Assembly (NCBI GenBank): GCA_905194345.1
Contig: CAJJRZ010000006.1
Coordinates: forward strand, 8,470-72,469
Source of the DNA: Coriobacteriaceae bacterium
Lineage (GTDB): Bacteria; Actinomycetota; Coriobacteriia; Coriobacteriales; Coriobacteriaceae
Direction of reading: 5' to 3'
DNA: 64,000 nt
The position numbers and the translations under genes are program-made. This document shows positions 38,154 to 48,715 of the stretch, piece after piece (the stretch's first letter is position 1; each line of letters begins with the position of its first letter). The notes below the pieces were generated by a model that saw nothing but the letters and a program-made list of their open reading frames with translations, made no database searches and was not told the origin of the DNA.

Positions 38154-40904
38154 GTGAGCGATTGCAAGAGGGTTTACCGTTTTGGAACCGATGCCCAGGG
38201 CATTTGTGTCACCGAGGGCGACAAGTCCATGAACTTTGTGCTTGGCGGCAAAGGCGCGAACCTTGCCGAGATGAGCCGCATCGGCCTGCCGGTTCCCGGT
38301 GGCTTTACCATTACCTGCCAGACTTGCGTTGAGTACTCCGGCGCCGGCAACGTATGGCCGGAGGGCGCGCTCGACGAGATCGTTGCCGCCGAGGTCGACC
38401 TCGAGGCCCGCTGCGGCAAGAAGCTCGGCGATGCCTCCGATCCGCTGCTCGTGTCGGTCCGCTCGGGCGCTCCGTTCTCCATGCCTGGCATGATGGACAC
38501 GGTTCTCAACCTGGGCCTCAACGACGACTCCGTTCAGGGCCTTATCGCCCAGACACAAAACCCGCGTTTTGCCTGGGATAGCTACCGTCGCTTTATCCAG
38601 ATGTTCTCCAACGTCGTCATGGGTGTCGACGCCGACCTGTTCGAGAACGCGCTGACCCAGGCCCGCCTGGTCGCCGGCGTTCGCGTCGATTCCGAGCTTT
38701 CGGCCGAGGACCTGCAGGAGCTTGTCGAGACGTTCAAGGGTATTTTCTCCGATAACGTCGAGGCGACCCTGTATCCCGAGCTCGAGGTCGCCGACGGTAA
38801 GCCCGTCTTCCCGCACGATCCGGAGCTCCAGCTGCGCCTTGCCATCCAGGCCGTCTTTGGCAGCTGGATGAACGAGCGCGCCTGCATCTACCGCAAGCAG
38901 CACGGCATTTCCGACGAGCTCGGCACCGCCGTCAACGTCCAGGCCATGGCCTTTGGCAACAAGGGCGAGACCTCTGCGACCGGCGTCGCCTTTACGCGCA
39001 ACCCGGCCGACGGCACCAAGGAGTTCTATGGCGACTTTTTGGTGAATGCCCAGGGCGAGGACGTCGTCGCCGGCATCCGAAACACCGAGCCCATCGCCGA
39101 CCTCAAGACCACCTCGGGCCTCGAGTCCGCAGGCGAGGAGCTCGAGCGCGTGTTCCTGACGCTCGAGGATCATTACCGCGATATGTGCGATATCGAGTTC
39201 ACCATCGAGCAGGGCAAGCTCTGGATGCTCCAGACCCGCGTGGGCAAGCGCACCGCCACTGCCGCCCTGCGCATTGCTATCGAAATGGTCGAGGAGGGCC
39301 TGATCACCCGCGAGGAGGCTGTGAGCCGCATCGATCCCGCGCAGCTCGACCAACTCCTGCACCCGCAGTTCGACGCCTCCAAGAAGTACGAGGCCTTGGC
39401 CAGCGGCCTTAACGCCAGCCCTGGTGCCGCCGTGGGCGAGGTCGTGTTCTCGAGTGATGACGCCGTCGCGCGTTCCGCCGAGGGCCACAAGGTCATTCTG
39501 GTCCGCTGGGAGACCAATCCCGACGACCTGAAGGGCATGGTCGCCGCCGAGGGCATCCTGACCAGCCATGGCGGCAAGACGAGCCATGCCGCCGTTATCG
39601 CCCGCGGCATGGGTACGCCCTGCGTCTGCGGTGTCGAGCGCTTCCATATCGACGCTGCCGAGAAGGTCGTGCACATCGAGGGCAGCGACCGCGTGCTGCG
39701 CGAGGGTGATGTCATCTCCATCGACGGCACCCAGGGTATCGTCGTCGACGGCGCGGTCGACCTGGTCTCTGCAGAGCTCACCGGCGACCTGGACACCATC
39801 CTGTCCTGGGCCGATGAGATCCGTTTGGACGAGACCGACGGTCACGCCAACCACGTGCGCGTCAACGCCGACAACCCCGAGGATGCCGAGCTCGCTCTTG
39901 AGTTTGGCGCCGAGGCCATCGGTCTGTGCCGCACCGAGCACATGTTCCTGGGCGATCGCAAGAACATCATCCAGAGCTTTATCCTGTCTGACGATGAGGC
40001 CGTGAAGCAGCAGGCCCTGGCCGACCTGCTCAAGGTTCAGACCGAGGACTTCCTGGCGATGTTCAAGACCATGTCCGGTCGCGATGTGGTCGTCCGCCTG
40101 CTCGATCCGCCGCTTCATGAGTTCCTGGATAATCCTCGCGAGCTCGAGGTCGCCATCACTAAGAAGGAGGCCGCCGGCGCTCCCGAGGAGGAGCTCACTG
40201 CCCTGCGCGCCCGCCTGCGTCGCATTGACGGCATGGTCGAGTCCAACCCCATGCTGGGCTTGCGCGGCGTGCGCCTGTCCGTCGTCTTTAGCGATCTGCC
40301 TCTCATGCAGGTTCGCGCCGTCGCCACGGCTGCTGCCCGCCTTATCAAGGAGGGCGTCGACCCGCGCCCCGAGATCATGGTTCCGCTCGTCTCCATCACG
40401 GGCGAGCATGTTCAGACCCGCGAGGTCATTGAGCGCGTAATCGCCGAGGTTTCCGCTGAAGAGGGCGTTGAGCTCAACATTCCCGTGGGCACGATGCTCG
40501 AGCTGCCGCGCGCCTGCATGGTCGCCGACGAGATCGCCCAGCACGCCGACTTCTTCTGCTTTGGCACCAACGACCTTACGCAGACGACCTTCGGCTTCTC
40601 CCGCGACGATGCCGAGGCCAAGTTCATCCCGCTGTACATGCACAAGAAGATCTTGAAGGACAACCCCTTCGAGACCATCGACGCGGCGGTGCTCGAGCTG
40701 GTGCGCATGGCCGTCGAAAAGGGTCGCGCCATCAACCCCGGCATGCACTTTGGCGTGTGCGGCGAGCACGGCGGCGACCCCAAGTCCATCAAGGGCCTGT
40801 TTAACGTGGCCGATGTGGACTATGTGTCCTGCTCGCCCTACCGCGTGCCCCTCGCACGCCTGGCTGCCGCCCAGGCCAAGCTCGAGGCGAAGCGCTCCGC
40901 CTAA
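38154..40904 (+). CDS. ppdK: Pyruvate, phosphate dikinase
   Basis: LGGKGANLAEM, SVRSGA..SMPGMMDT, GGKTSHAAV (phospho-His), GLCRTEHM and CGEHGGDP motifs. Confidence 0.98.
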   Translation: MSDCKRVYRFGTDAQGICVTEGDKSMNFVLGGKGANLAEMSRIGLPVPGGFTITCQTCVEYSGAGNVWPEGALDEIVAAEVDLEARCGKKLGDASDPLLVSVRSGAPFSMPGMMDTVLNLGLNDDSVQGLIAQTQNPRFAWDSYRRFIQMFSNVVMGVDADLFENALTQARLVAGVRVDSELSAEDLQELVETFKGIFSDNVEATLYPELEVADGKPVFPHDPELQLRLAIQAVFGSWMNERACIYRKQHGISDELGTAVNVQAMAFGNKGETSATGVAFTRNPADGTKEFYGDFLVNAQGEDVVAGIRNTEPIADLKTTSGLESAGEELERVFLTLEDHYRDMCDIEFTIEQGKLWMLQTRVGKRTATAALRIAIEMVEEGLITREEAVSRIDPAQLDQLLHPQFDASKKYEALASGLNASPGAAVGEVVFSSDDAVARSAEGHKVILVRWETNPDDLKGMVAAEGILTSHGGKTSHAAVIARGMGTPCVCGVERFHIDAAEKVVHIEGSDRVLREGDVISIDGTQGIVVDGAVDLVSAELTGDLDTILSWADEIRLDETDGHANHVRVNADNPEDAELALEFGAEAIGLCRTEHMFLGDRKNIIQSFILSDDEAVKQQALADLLKVQTEDFLAMFKTMSGRDVVVRLLDPPLHEFLDNPRELEVAITKKEAAGAPEEELTALRARLRRIDGMVESNPMLGLRGVRLSVVFSDLPLMQVRAVATAAARLIKEGVDPRPEIMVPLVSITGEHVQTREVIERVIAEVSAEEGVELNIPVGTMLELPRACMVADEIAQHADFFCFGTNDLTQTTFGFSRDDAEAKFIPLYMHKKILKDNPFETIDAAVLELVRMAVEKGRAINPGMHFGVCGEHGGDPKSIKGLFNVADVDYVSCSPYRVPLARLAAAQAKLEAKRSA

Positions 40905-40942
40905 CGTTTTGGGTTTAGACGCCTAGCGTAGCCCCCTTCATG

Positions 40943-40972
40943 CCGCCCGTCTCATTCGTGAGGCGGGCGGTT
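40943..40972 (+). terminator. Stem-loop after ppdK
   Basis: CCGCCCGTCTCA-TTCG-TGAGGCGGGCGG-TT. Confidence 0.6.
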
Positions 40973-41113
40973 ATCATGTGCGGGTTTTGTCTTTTTGTCT
41001 GCGTAAAAAATTGTTCTTGCAGCAGAAACCCGCGCGTGTATACTCGAATACGTTTGTTCAACTACGTGCCGGCCAAGGTGGTACGGCACCTCTAGAAGAG
41101 TAAGGAATTGCAC

Positions 41114-41455
41114 ATGGATTACATCCGCGCAATCGAGCGCCAGCAGATCCGCGAGGACATTCCTCAGGTTCGCGTCGCCGACAACGTCAAGGTTCACTAC
41201 CGCATTAAGGAAGGCGACCGCGAGCGCATCCAGGTCTTCCAGGGCGACGTCATCCGCATGGCCGGCGCCGGTGCCCGCGAGACCTTCACCGTCCGCAAGA
41301 TGTCCTTCGGTGTCGGTGTTGAGCGTACCTTCCCGCTTCACAGCCCCAAGATCGCCAAGCTCGAGGTCGTTCGTCATGGTCGCGTCCGTCGCGCCAAGCT
41401 GTACTACCTCCGCGACAAGGTGGGCAAGGCTGCTCGCATCCCCGAGAAGCGCTAA
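41114..41455 (+). CDS. rplS: 50S ribosomal protein L19
   Basis: [23 protein letters not shown] and [10 protein letters not shown] motifs. Confidence 0.98.
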   Translation: MDYIRAIERQQIREDIPQVRVADNVKVHYRIKEGDRERIQVFQGDVIRMAGAGARETFTVRKMSFGVGVERTFPLHSPKIAKLEVVRHGRVRRAKLYYLRDKVGKAARIPEKR

Positions 41456-41489
41456 GAAGATCGCAGCGTCTGTCCACTCGTTTGGACAC

Positions 41490-41519
41490 AAGGGTCACCT
41501 TCGGGTGGCCCTTCTTTTT
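41490..41519 (+). terminator. Terminator after rplS
   Basis: AAGGGTCACC-TTCG-GGTGGCCCTT-CTTTTT. Confidence 0.8.
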
Positions 41520-41548
41520 ATCTGATTTGCATGCAAGGAGGGCCTGGT

Positions 41549-42337
41549 ATGGCCAATATGACGAGCTCGGTTTCGGCATCGCAGGTTGCCGGTGAGTTGG
41601 CGAGCGCTACGTTTGAGGAGATCCCCGCCCTCGTGGAGCATTATCGCGAGGACCCGCGCCAGCAGGTGATCAAGGCTTGCGAGCGTGCTCTTAAGCGCCA
41701 TGCCAAGGAACTTGCCGAGCGCGAGCGCGTCAATGACATGTACGAGCTTATGCATGAGCTTGGCGGCGATGGGGTAGTCGTTGGTGTCGACGAGGTGGGT
41801 CGCGGATCGGTGGCCGGTCCTTTGACGGTATGCGCCGTCTGCCTTCCTATGGAGCCGCGCGTCTGGGGCATCAACGATTCCAAAAAGCTCACGCCGGCGC
41901 GCCGCGAGTTGCTCTCAGTGAAGATTGCCGAGGTGGCGACGGCAATTGGTTTTTGCCATATCGCGCCTAAGGATATCGATGAGATGGGCATGGCCCGCGC
42001 CATTCGAGCCGCTGTCGCGGGCGCCGTGGCCGATACGGGGCTCGAGCCCGATTGCGTGCTTATGGACGGTAACCCCTTGGGCGCCGTTCCCAAAGAGCGC
42101 GACGTGGTGAAGGGCGATGCCAAGATCGCCTGTATCGCCGCGGCGTCCATCATGGCCAAGGTCACGCGTGATGAGATGATGGTCGAGTACGATGCCGAGT
42201 ATCCCGAGTACCATTTGGCCGAATCGAAAGGCTACGCAAGCCCCGAGCACATCGAGGCCATTCGCAAACATGGACTTTGTCCACTGCACCGCGTGAGCTT
42301 TTGCGGAAACTTTCTGCAGACTGAGCGCCTTTTCTAG
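41549..42337 (+). CDS. rnhB: Ribonuclease HII
   Basis: GVDEVGRG, NDSKKL, DG and KGDA..IAAASI.AKV.RD motifs. Confidence 0.96.
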   Translation: MANMTSSVSASQVAGELASATFEEIPALVEHYREDPRQQVIKACERALKRHAKELAERERVNDMYELMHELGGDGVVVGVDEVGRGSVAGPLTVCAVCLPMEPRVWGINDSKKLTPARRELLSVKIAEVATAIGFCHIAPKDIDEMGMARAIRAAVAGAVADTGLEPDCVLMDGNPLGAVPKERDVVKGDAKIACIAAASIMAKVTRDEMMVEYDAEYPEYHLAESKGYASPEHIEAIRKHGLCPLHRVSFCGNFLQTERLF

Positions 42338-42386
42338 GTCAATTGTGGAGACAGGGACCTCAGGGGTTTTATAAACCTGCTGGTAG

Positions 42387-42428
42387 CGGGCCGTATGCAA
42401 CAGCATTGCTGCGTACGGCCCGTTTTTT
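42387..42428 (+). terminator. Terminator after rnhB
   Basis: CGGGCCGTATGCA...TGCGTACGGCCCG-TTTTTT. Confidence 0.75.
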
Positions 42429-42526
42429 GACGGCATTTGGTCAGCTTTTGGTTTGCTTCCGGTACTTACCCGCATGAAAGGTGCCCTCATCATCGGGGCA
42501 ATGCAGTGTGCGGGAAAGGAGACCCC

Positions 42527-43012
42527 ATGAGTGCCGCAAGCAAAAAGAGCAAGACGCAGCAGCTCAAGGAGCGTTGGGAAAACGGCGAGCTCGACTGCGG
42601 GGCGATGACGCCCGAGTTTATCAAGGGACTCAGTCCCCGCGAGCTGGGCATGCTGGGCGAGCTGATCACCATCGACTACTTTAACGAGCGCGGCTACACC
42701 TTGCTGGAGCAGGGTTATCGTTGCACCGAGGGCGAGGCCGATCTGGTGCTGCTCGATGAGCTCGACGATGTCGTGGTGATGGCCGAGGTCAAGACCAGAC
42801 GCGTCGCACTGGATTGCAGCACGCGGGTCTTTCCCGAGGAGGCCGTGGACGCCCAAAAGCAACGCCGCTACCGCCGCATCGCAAGTTGCTATCTCATGGA
42901 GCATTATCCGCTCAAGGCGATTCGCTTCGATGCCGTGGGCGTCACCATTCGTGGCGGGCATATCGCTGAGATCGAGCATCAGTACAACGCGTTCGATTGG
43001 CAGGTGTCGTGA
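42527..43012 (+). CDS. yraN: YraN family PD-(D/E)XK nuclease
   Basis: LG.LGE, GEADLV, EVKTR, PEEAV..KQ and IRFD motifs; yraN-comM-dprA synteny. Confidence 0.88.
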   Translation: MSAASKKSKTQQLKERWENGELDCGAMTPEFIKGLSPRELGMLGELITIDYFNERGYTLLEQGYRCTEGEADLVLLDELDDVVVMAEVKTRRVALDCSTRVFPEEAVDAQKQRRYRRIASCYLMEHYPLKAIRFDAVGVTIRGGHIAEIEHQYNAFDWQVS

Positions 43013-44521
43013 TGGCGTTCGAGACGTTTGCCGTTCACGCGGCCTGCATCCGCGGCGTCGAGGCGATTCACGTCACGGTCGAGGTCTCGCTTGCCGGTGG
43101 TGTTCCGGGCATCCAAATGCTCGGCATTCCGAGCATGGAGGTGATGGAGTCACGCGGTCGTATTCGCTGCGCGATGCGCTCCGCCGGGTTCGAGATCCCA
43201 CGCTCGGGCATTACGGTCAACCTAGCGCCCGGCGATATTCGCAAGACCGGTAGCGGCTTTGATCTGCCCATCGCCATCGCGGTTCTGGCGGCCGATGGGC
43301 AGATTCCCCGTGACAACCTCGATCGCTGCCTTATCGCCGGCGAGCTCGGCTTGGACGGTACGGTGCTTCCCGTCAAGGGCGAGGTGGCGTTTCAGCTGCT
43401 GGCTCGCGACATGGGGCTGTCTTTTATCGCCGGCAGGTCCGACCAGCATGTGCCACTCGCGGGCGTGGATTGTGGATTCATCGATCATTTGTCTCAGCTT
43501 GCCCATGGCATGGGCGATGCCGCGCGGCACTACTTGGATTCTGAAGTGCTCGAGGCGACCTTTGAGCCCGAGCTCGACTATGCCGACGTACTGGGGCAGG
43601 AGGTCGCCAAGCGCGGCATGGCGCTTGCGGCGGCAGGAGAACTCGGCTTGCTCATGATCGGGTCCCCGGGATCGGGCAAGACGATGCTCGCGCGTCGTAT
43701 GACCGGCATCCTGCCCGAGCTTTCCGTTGAGGATCAACAGGAGGCGCTGTGCATCCATTCGGTTTTGGGTGAGAACATTGATGGCTTGTTGGCGGGGCAC
43801 CGGCCCTTCCGCAGCCCCCATCACAGTATTTCGACCGCAGGTCTTATCGGCGGTGGGCGCCCGGTGCACCCGGGTGAGATCAGCCTTGCTCATGGCGGCG
43901 TGCTCTTTTTGGACGAGCTTGCCGAGTTTCCCACGGGTGTGCTGCAGACGCTGCGTCAGCCCATCGAACGCGGCTACGTCAGGATCGTACGCGTCGACGG
44001 GGCTTTTACCTTCCCGTCGCGCTTTCAGCTGCTGGCTGCGAGCAATCCCTGCCCCTGCGGCTTTTTGGGCGATCGTGAGGTACCGTGTCGCTGCTCGGCG
44101 GCGATGGTCGAGCGCTATCGGTCCTTTGGCCGACCGTATCGACATGATGATCGATGTGACCCGTCCCGACCCTCAGGTGATTATCGAGGGCGCGGAGGGT
44201 ATGTCGTCAGCTGAGTTACGTGACTACGTTGTGCGCGGTCGCGCTTTTCGCGCTTGGCGCGAATCCCGTATGGACGATGCTGATGCCGAGACCGAGGATG
44301 ACGAGACACGGTCCATTGACGGCGTCGTTTCGACCTTTGAGCTCGATGATGCGGCGGAGAAGTGTGTGCTCGGCCTGTCGAAGCGCACGCATCTCACGGG
44401 CCGCGGCATCGTGCGCCTGGTGCGTATCGCGCGTACAATCGCTGACGTCGCCGAGAGCGAGCAAGTGACGCAGGACCACGTGCTCGAGGCGGCGATGTAC
44501 CAGGGAAGGAGGGACCAATGA
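43012..44521 (+). pseudogene. comM: ComM/YifB Mg-chelatase-like AAA+ ATPase, frameshifted near 44119
   Basis: Frame 1: VNLAP..K.GS.FDLPIA, GSPGSGKT, GEISLAHGGVLFLDE and NPCPCG. Homology continues in frame 2 with GPLADRID...RIARTIAD...H..EA. Confidence 0.85.
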
Positions 44522-45453
44522 TGGCCGAGGGGACCTTTGAGCTGCATCCAGGTGACGCGTTGTATCCCGAGACCGTTTTGGAGCTTTCTGATGTACCCCA
44601 GACACTCTATGTGCGCGGCAACCCCGAGGTGCTTTCGACGCCCGCGCTCTCCATCATCGGCGCGCGCAAGGCCTCTCCGTATGGTCTTGCCGTGGCAGAG
44701 CTTGCGGCAAAGGTTGCGGTCGAGGCGGGCGTGACGGTAGTTTCGGGCGGCGCGGTCGGTTGTGACCAGGCCTCGGGTTGGGCTGCGGTCAATGCCGGCG
44801 GCAAACACGTCGTGGTGCTGGGGACGGGCGCCGACGTGGTCTATCCGCGCTCGAGTGCTGGCCTCATCACGCGCGCACTCGATACGGGCGGCGCGGTCGT
44901 GTCGATCTCCCCGTGGGGCATGGGTCCGCGCAAGTTTGCCTTTCCGCGCCGCAATCGCGTGATCGCGGCCCTGTCGCAAGCCCTCTTTGTATCCGAGGCG
45001 GGTATGCCTTCCGGGACGTTTTCTACAGCCGAGGCTGCTATGGATTTGGGGCGAGAACTTCTTGCCGTGCCGGGGTCGATCCTATCGCCCGAGTCGCGTG
45101 GCACGAATTACCTCATTGCGAACGGTGCCTGCTGCATCATCGACGAGGAATCTATCGAGATGGCTATCTCACGCATCTACGGCACCCTGCGCTACTTGCG
45201 CCCCGATGCTCCCGGCATTGCCGACCTGGATCCAACACAGCAGACCGTGATGCATGCGCTCATCGCCTCTCCGCTCAAGGTCGACGACATCGCGGCGCTC
45301 GTCTCGCTCGATGCTGTCGGCGTACTCAAACTCTTGGGTTCGCTTGAACTCGAGGGCCTTATCGAGCGCATGATAGATGGAAGGTATGCGCCCTCCAAGT
45401 TTGCCCTTCACGCCCAGACGCCCTTCGGTCACAATGGAAAACGTGTCAATTAG
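44518..45453 (+). CDS. dprA: DNA-processing protein DprA
   Basis: IIGARKASPYG, VVSGGA.GCD, FPRRNRVIAALS and VPG motifs; C-terminal wHTH. Confidence 0.93.
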   Translation: MMAEGTFELHPGDALYPETVLELSDVPQTLYVRGNPEVLSTPALSIIGARKASPYGLAVAELAAKVAVEAGVTVVSGGAVGCDQASGWAAVNAGGKHVVVLGTGADVVYPRSSAGLITRALDTGGAVVSISPWGMGPRKFAFPRRNRVIAALSQALFVSEAGMPSGTFSTAEAAMDLGRELLAVPGSILSPESRGTNYLIANGACCIIDEESIEMAISRIYGTLRYLRPDAPGIADLDPTQQTVMHALIASPLKVDDIAALVSLDAVGVLKLLGSLELEGLIERMIDGRYAPSKFALHAQTPFGHNGKRVN

Positions 45454-45467
45454 AAAGGTGTTTGCAG

Positions 45468-46805
45468 ATGCAGTTCGATCAGGTGACGGTTATCGGTGGC
45501 GGTCTGGCGGGTTCGGAATGCGCGATCCAGCTGGCAGACCGCGGGTTTGCCGTAAAGCTGCGCGAGATGCGCCCCCAGGTGAGCTCCCCGGCCCACCATA
45601 CCGATCACCTGGCAGAGCTCGTCTGTTCCAATTCGTTTAAATCGACCCGTCCGGACTCTGCGGCGGGCTTGTTAAAGGCCGAGCTTGAGCGCATGGGTTC
45701 AGTCCTGCTCGATTGCGCCCATCGCGCGGCTGTTCCCGCCGGTGGCGCCTTGGCGGTCGACCGCGTCAAGTTTTCCGAGCTTGTCGAGGCCGAGGTTGCC
45801 GCCCGTCCCAATATCGAGGTCGTGCACGGCGAGGTCACGCAGATTCCCGAGGGCCACGTGGTCATTGCCGCGGGCCCGCTGTGTTCACCGGCGCTGAGCG
45901 AAGAGGTCATGAAGCTCGTCGGTGGCGACGCCCTTGCGTTCTTCGATGCCGCGGCGCCGATCGTCGATGCCTCCACGCTCGATATGGACGTGCTGTTTTC
46001 GCAGTCGCGCTACGAGGAGCAGGGGAGCGGCGACTATCTCAACGCTCCGCTCAACAAGGAGGAGTACGAGGCCTTTATCGAGGCACTTACCACGGCCGAC
46101 CGCGTGGTGCTCAAAGACTTTGAGGGCGGCGATCTGTTTCAGGCCTGCCAACCTGCCGAGGAAGTTGCGCGCACCGGCAAGGACGCCATTCGCTTTGGCG
46201 CCATGAAGCCCGTCGGCCTCACCGACCCGCGTACCGGACGTCGCCCTTGGGCGGCGATTCAGCTGCGTGCCGAGAACAAGGAGAAGACCGCCTATAACCT
46301 GGTGGGCTTCCAGACCAACCTGACCTTTGGCGAGCAGAAGCGCGTCTTCCATATGGTGCCGGGCCTGGAGAACGCTGAGTTCTTCCGCTACGGTGTCATG
46401 CACCGCAATACCTTTGTCGACGCCCCGCACGTGCTCGATGGCACTTTTGCCGTGCCTGGTACCGGCGTGCGCCTGGCCGGTCAGATCACCGGCACCGAGG
46501 GGTACATGGAAGCCGTGGCGACCGGTCTGCTCGCGGCGCTCAACACCTATGCCGAGGCTATCGGCGCCGCGGGCGTCGAGTTGCCCCGCGTGGGCGCCCT
46601 GGGCGCGCTCGTGGGCTATGCGACCGATCCTGCCACCGTGGGCTACCAGCCCATGCATGTCAACTTTGGCCTGGTGCCGCCACTCGAGGATGGTAAGCGC
46701 CGCAGCAAGCGCGACCGCTACCAGGCCTATGCGGACCGTGCGCTCGAGGCCCTTGATGCCTATCTGGCCACTCGCCCCGATCTGTTTGGAGGCGACCGGT
46801 CATAG
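45468..46805 (+). CDS. trmFO: Methylenetetrahydrofolate-tRNA-(uracil-5-)-methyltransferase
   Basis: IGGGLAGSE, ELVCSNS, VPAGGALAVDR, YGVMHRNTF and AGQITGTEGY motifs. Confidence 0.96.
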   Translation: MQFDQVTVIGGGLAGSECAIQLADRGFAVKLREMRPQVSSPAHHTDHLAELVCSNSFKSTRPDSAAGLLKAELERMGSVLLDCAHRAAVPAGGALAVDRVKFSELVEAEVAARPNIEVVHGEVTQIPEGHVVIAAGPLCSPALSEEVMKLVGGDALAFFDAAAPIVDASTLDMDVLFSQSRYEEQGSGDYLNAPLNKEEYEAFIEALTTADRVVLKDFEGGDLFQACQPAEEVARTGKDAIRFGAMKPVGLTDPRTGRRPWAAIQLRAENKEKTAYNLVGFQTNLTFGEQKRVFHMVPGLENAEFFRYGVMHRNTFVDAPHVLDGTFAVPGTGVRLAGQITGTEGYMEAVATGLLAALNTYAEAIGAAGVELPRVGALGALVGYATDPATVGYQPMHVNFGLVPPLEDGKRRSKRDRYQAYADRALEALDAYLATRPDLFGGDRS

Positions 46806-47722
46806 CCTTTGACCTGTACGACACCGTCGACTCGTTTATCGCCTATATCGCACGTGTCGAGGGGCTTTCTCCCAATACGGTGACGGCCTATGGCTCGAGG
46901 CTGGAGCGCTTTGCTGCCTGGTGCGAGCGCGAGGATATCGATGCTTTCGCTGCCGACGTGCGCACCATTCGTCGCTATCTTGCCGAGCTTTCGCGTGAGC
47001 AGGTGGCTCCCCGAACGCTTGCGGCGCATCTGTCGGCTATCCGATCGCTCTATCGATGGATGGCTGCCGAGGGGGTCGTGGAGGGCGATGCAGTCTCGGC
47101 GATCGCATCGCCCAAGCTGCCGCGTGACCTGCCGGGCGTCCTTACGACCCATCAGGTGGAGGCGCTGCTCAAGACGCCTGATACCTCAACACCCGCGGGA
47201 CTGCGCGATGCGGCGATGCTCGAGCTGCTCTATGCCTCGGGCGCCCGTATCTCTGAGCTCGCAGCACTCAATGTGGAGTCCATTGCGTGGTCCGAACGCA
47301 CGCTGCGCCTGTGGGGCAAGGGGAGCAAAGAACGTATCGTCCCTCTGTATCGTCGTGCGCTCGAGGCGACGCGTCTCTATATTGAGGAGGGGAGGCCGGA
47401 GTTGCTCGCTCAGGCAAAGCGTCGTGACCCCGCTACCGGGCCGCATCCGCTGCTTATATCGGCGCGCGGTAATCGCATGAGTGCCGCCATGCTCAGGCGG
47501 CGGTTTCATATGCTGGCGACGCTCGCCGGCATTCCGGCCGACATCGCCCCGCATGCGATGCGCCATACCTTTGCGACCGACTTGCTCGAGGGCGGCGCGG
47601 ACCTGCGCTCGGTTCAAGAGCTGCTGGGTCATGCGAGCCTGTCCACGACGCAGATCTACACGCATCTCACGCCCGATCGGCTCAAACGTGCCGTGGCTCA
47701 AGCCCATCCCCGAGGCGAATAG
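46802..47722 (+). CDS. xerC: Tyrosine recombinase XerC/XerD family
   Basis: Catalytic R (GARISEL), K (GKGSKER), HAMRHTFAT, LLGH and TTQIY. The conserved N-terminal helices extend upstream of the first GTG (46880) to ATA 46802. Confidence 0.85.
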   Translation: MAFDLYDTVDSFIAYIARVEGLSPNTVTAYGSRLERFAAWCEREDIDAFAADVRTIRRYLAELSREQVAPRTLAAHLSAIRSLYRWMAAEGVVEGDAVSAIASPKLPRDLPGVLTTHQVEALLKTPDTSTPAGLRDAAMLELLYASGARISELAALNVESIAWSERTLRLWGKGSKERIVPLYRRALEATRLYIEEGRPELLAQAKRRDPATGPHPLLISARGNRMSAAMLRRRFHMLATLAGIPADIAPHAMRHTFATDLLEGGADLRSVQELLGHASLSTTQIYTHLTPDRLKRAVAQAHPRGE

Positions 47723-47771
47723 TGGCTGGGACGTCCCGCGCCGCACTCAGGTGTGTGGTTTTGATTGCGGG

Positions 47772-47800
47772 TTGGCAGGAAGAAGCATTCCTGCTATCAT
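47772..47800 (+). promoter_or_regulatory. Promoter of rpsB-tsf, followed by a ~135-nt leader
   Basis: TTGGCA-17 bp-TATCAT. Long rpsB leaders are commonly autoregulatory. Confidence 0.55.
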
Positions 47801-47941
47801 TCATCGGGTTGCTTCACGGCAACATGTTTTTATCACGCACGCGCGGCTACTTCATACCGTGGTGCCCGGGCTTTGGTAGCACATGTCCGGGTTGGTTTTG
47901 GAGGATGACCCCGCGCGGAGGCAAACCACAGGAGGTTTAAC

Positions 47942-48670
47942 ATGGCTACCAAGATTAATATCCGCACCCTGCTCGAGGCCGGCTGCCACTTCGGTCACCA
48001 GACCCGTCGCTGGAACCCCAAGATGAAGCCGTTCATCTTCGGTGAGCGCAACGGCATCTACATCCTCGACCTCAAGCAGACCATCCTCGACGCCGATCAG
48101 GCCTACACCTTCGTCAAGAACGTCGCCAAGGGCGGCAATGTGCTGTTCGTCGGCACCAAGAAGCAGGCTCAGGAGGCTGTCAAGAACGCTGCTGAGCGCG
48201 CCAACATGCCTTACATCAACCAGCGTTGGCTCGGCGGTATGCTGACCAACTTCGTCACCATCCGCTCCCGCATCAACCGCATGGAGGAGCTCGAGGCCAT
48301 GGTCGAGGACGGCCGCATGGCAGTGCTCCCCAAGAAGGAGCAGGCTGTTCTCGGCAAGGAGCTCACCAAGCTCCAGACCAACCTCGGTGGTGCCCGCGAC
48401 ATGAAGGGTCTGCCCCAGGCTCTCTTCGTCATCGACACCAAGCGCGAGGAGAACGCCATCAAGGAGGCTCAGCGCCTGAACATCCCCGTCGTCGCTCTGA
48501 TCGACACCAACTCCGATCCCGACGAGGTCGAGTACGGCATCCCCTGCAACGATGACGCTATCTCCGCTGTCACCCTTATGTGCGAGCTCATGGCTGACGC
48601 CTGCCTCGCTGGCTCCGGCAAGGAGCAGGTCTCCGAGGCCGAGATGGCCGCTGAGCCCAAGGCCGAGTAG
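47942..48670 (+). CDS. rpsB: 30S ribosomal protein S2
   Basis: [19 protein letters not shown] and [10 protein letters not shown]. Confidence 0.98.
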   Translation: MATKINIRTLLEAGCHFGHQTRRWNPKMKPFIFGERNGIYILDLKQTILDADQAYTFVKNVAKGGNVLFVGTKKQAQEAVKNAAERANMPYINQRWLGGMLTNFVTIRSRINRMEELEAMVEDGRMAVLPKKEQAVLGKELTKLQTNLGGARDMKGLPQALFVIDTKREENAIKEAQRLNIPVVALIDTNSDPDEVEYGIPCNDDAISAVTLMCELMADACLAGSGKEQVSEAEMAAEPKAE

Positions 48671-48715
48671 ATCAGTCTTAGTTAATTCTTTTTCATCTCT
48701 TTGAAAGGAACCACA

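Noticed and set aside
44113..44146. Programmed ribosomal frameshift in comM
   Set aside because: No slippery heptamer, and conserved residues are missing at the junction, which indicates deletion rather than recoding.
46802..47722. Tyrosine recombinase as a prophage/ICE integrase
   Set aside because: Housekeeping dprA-trmFO-xerC context, Xer-like size and motifs, no att repeats or cargo.
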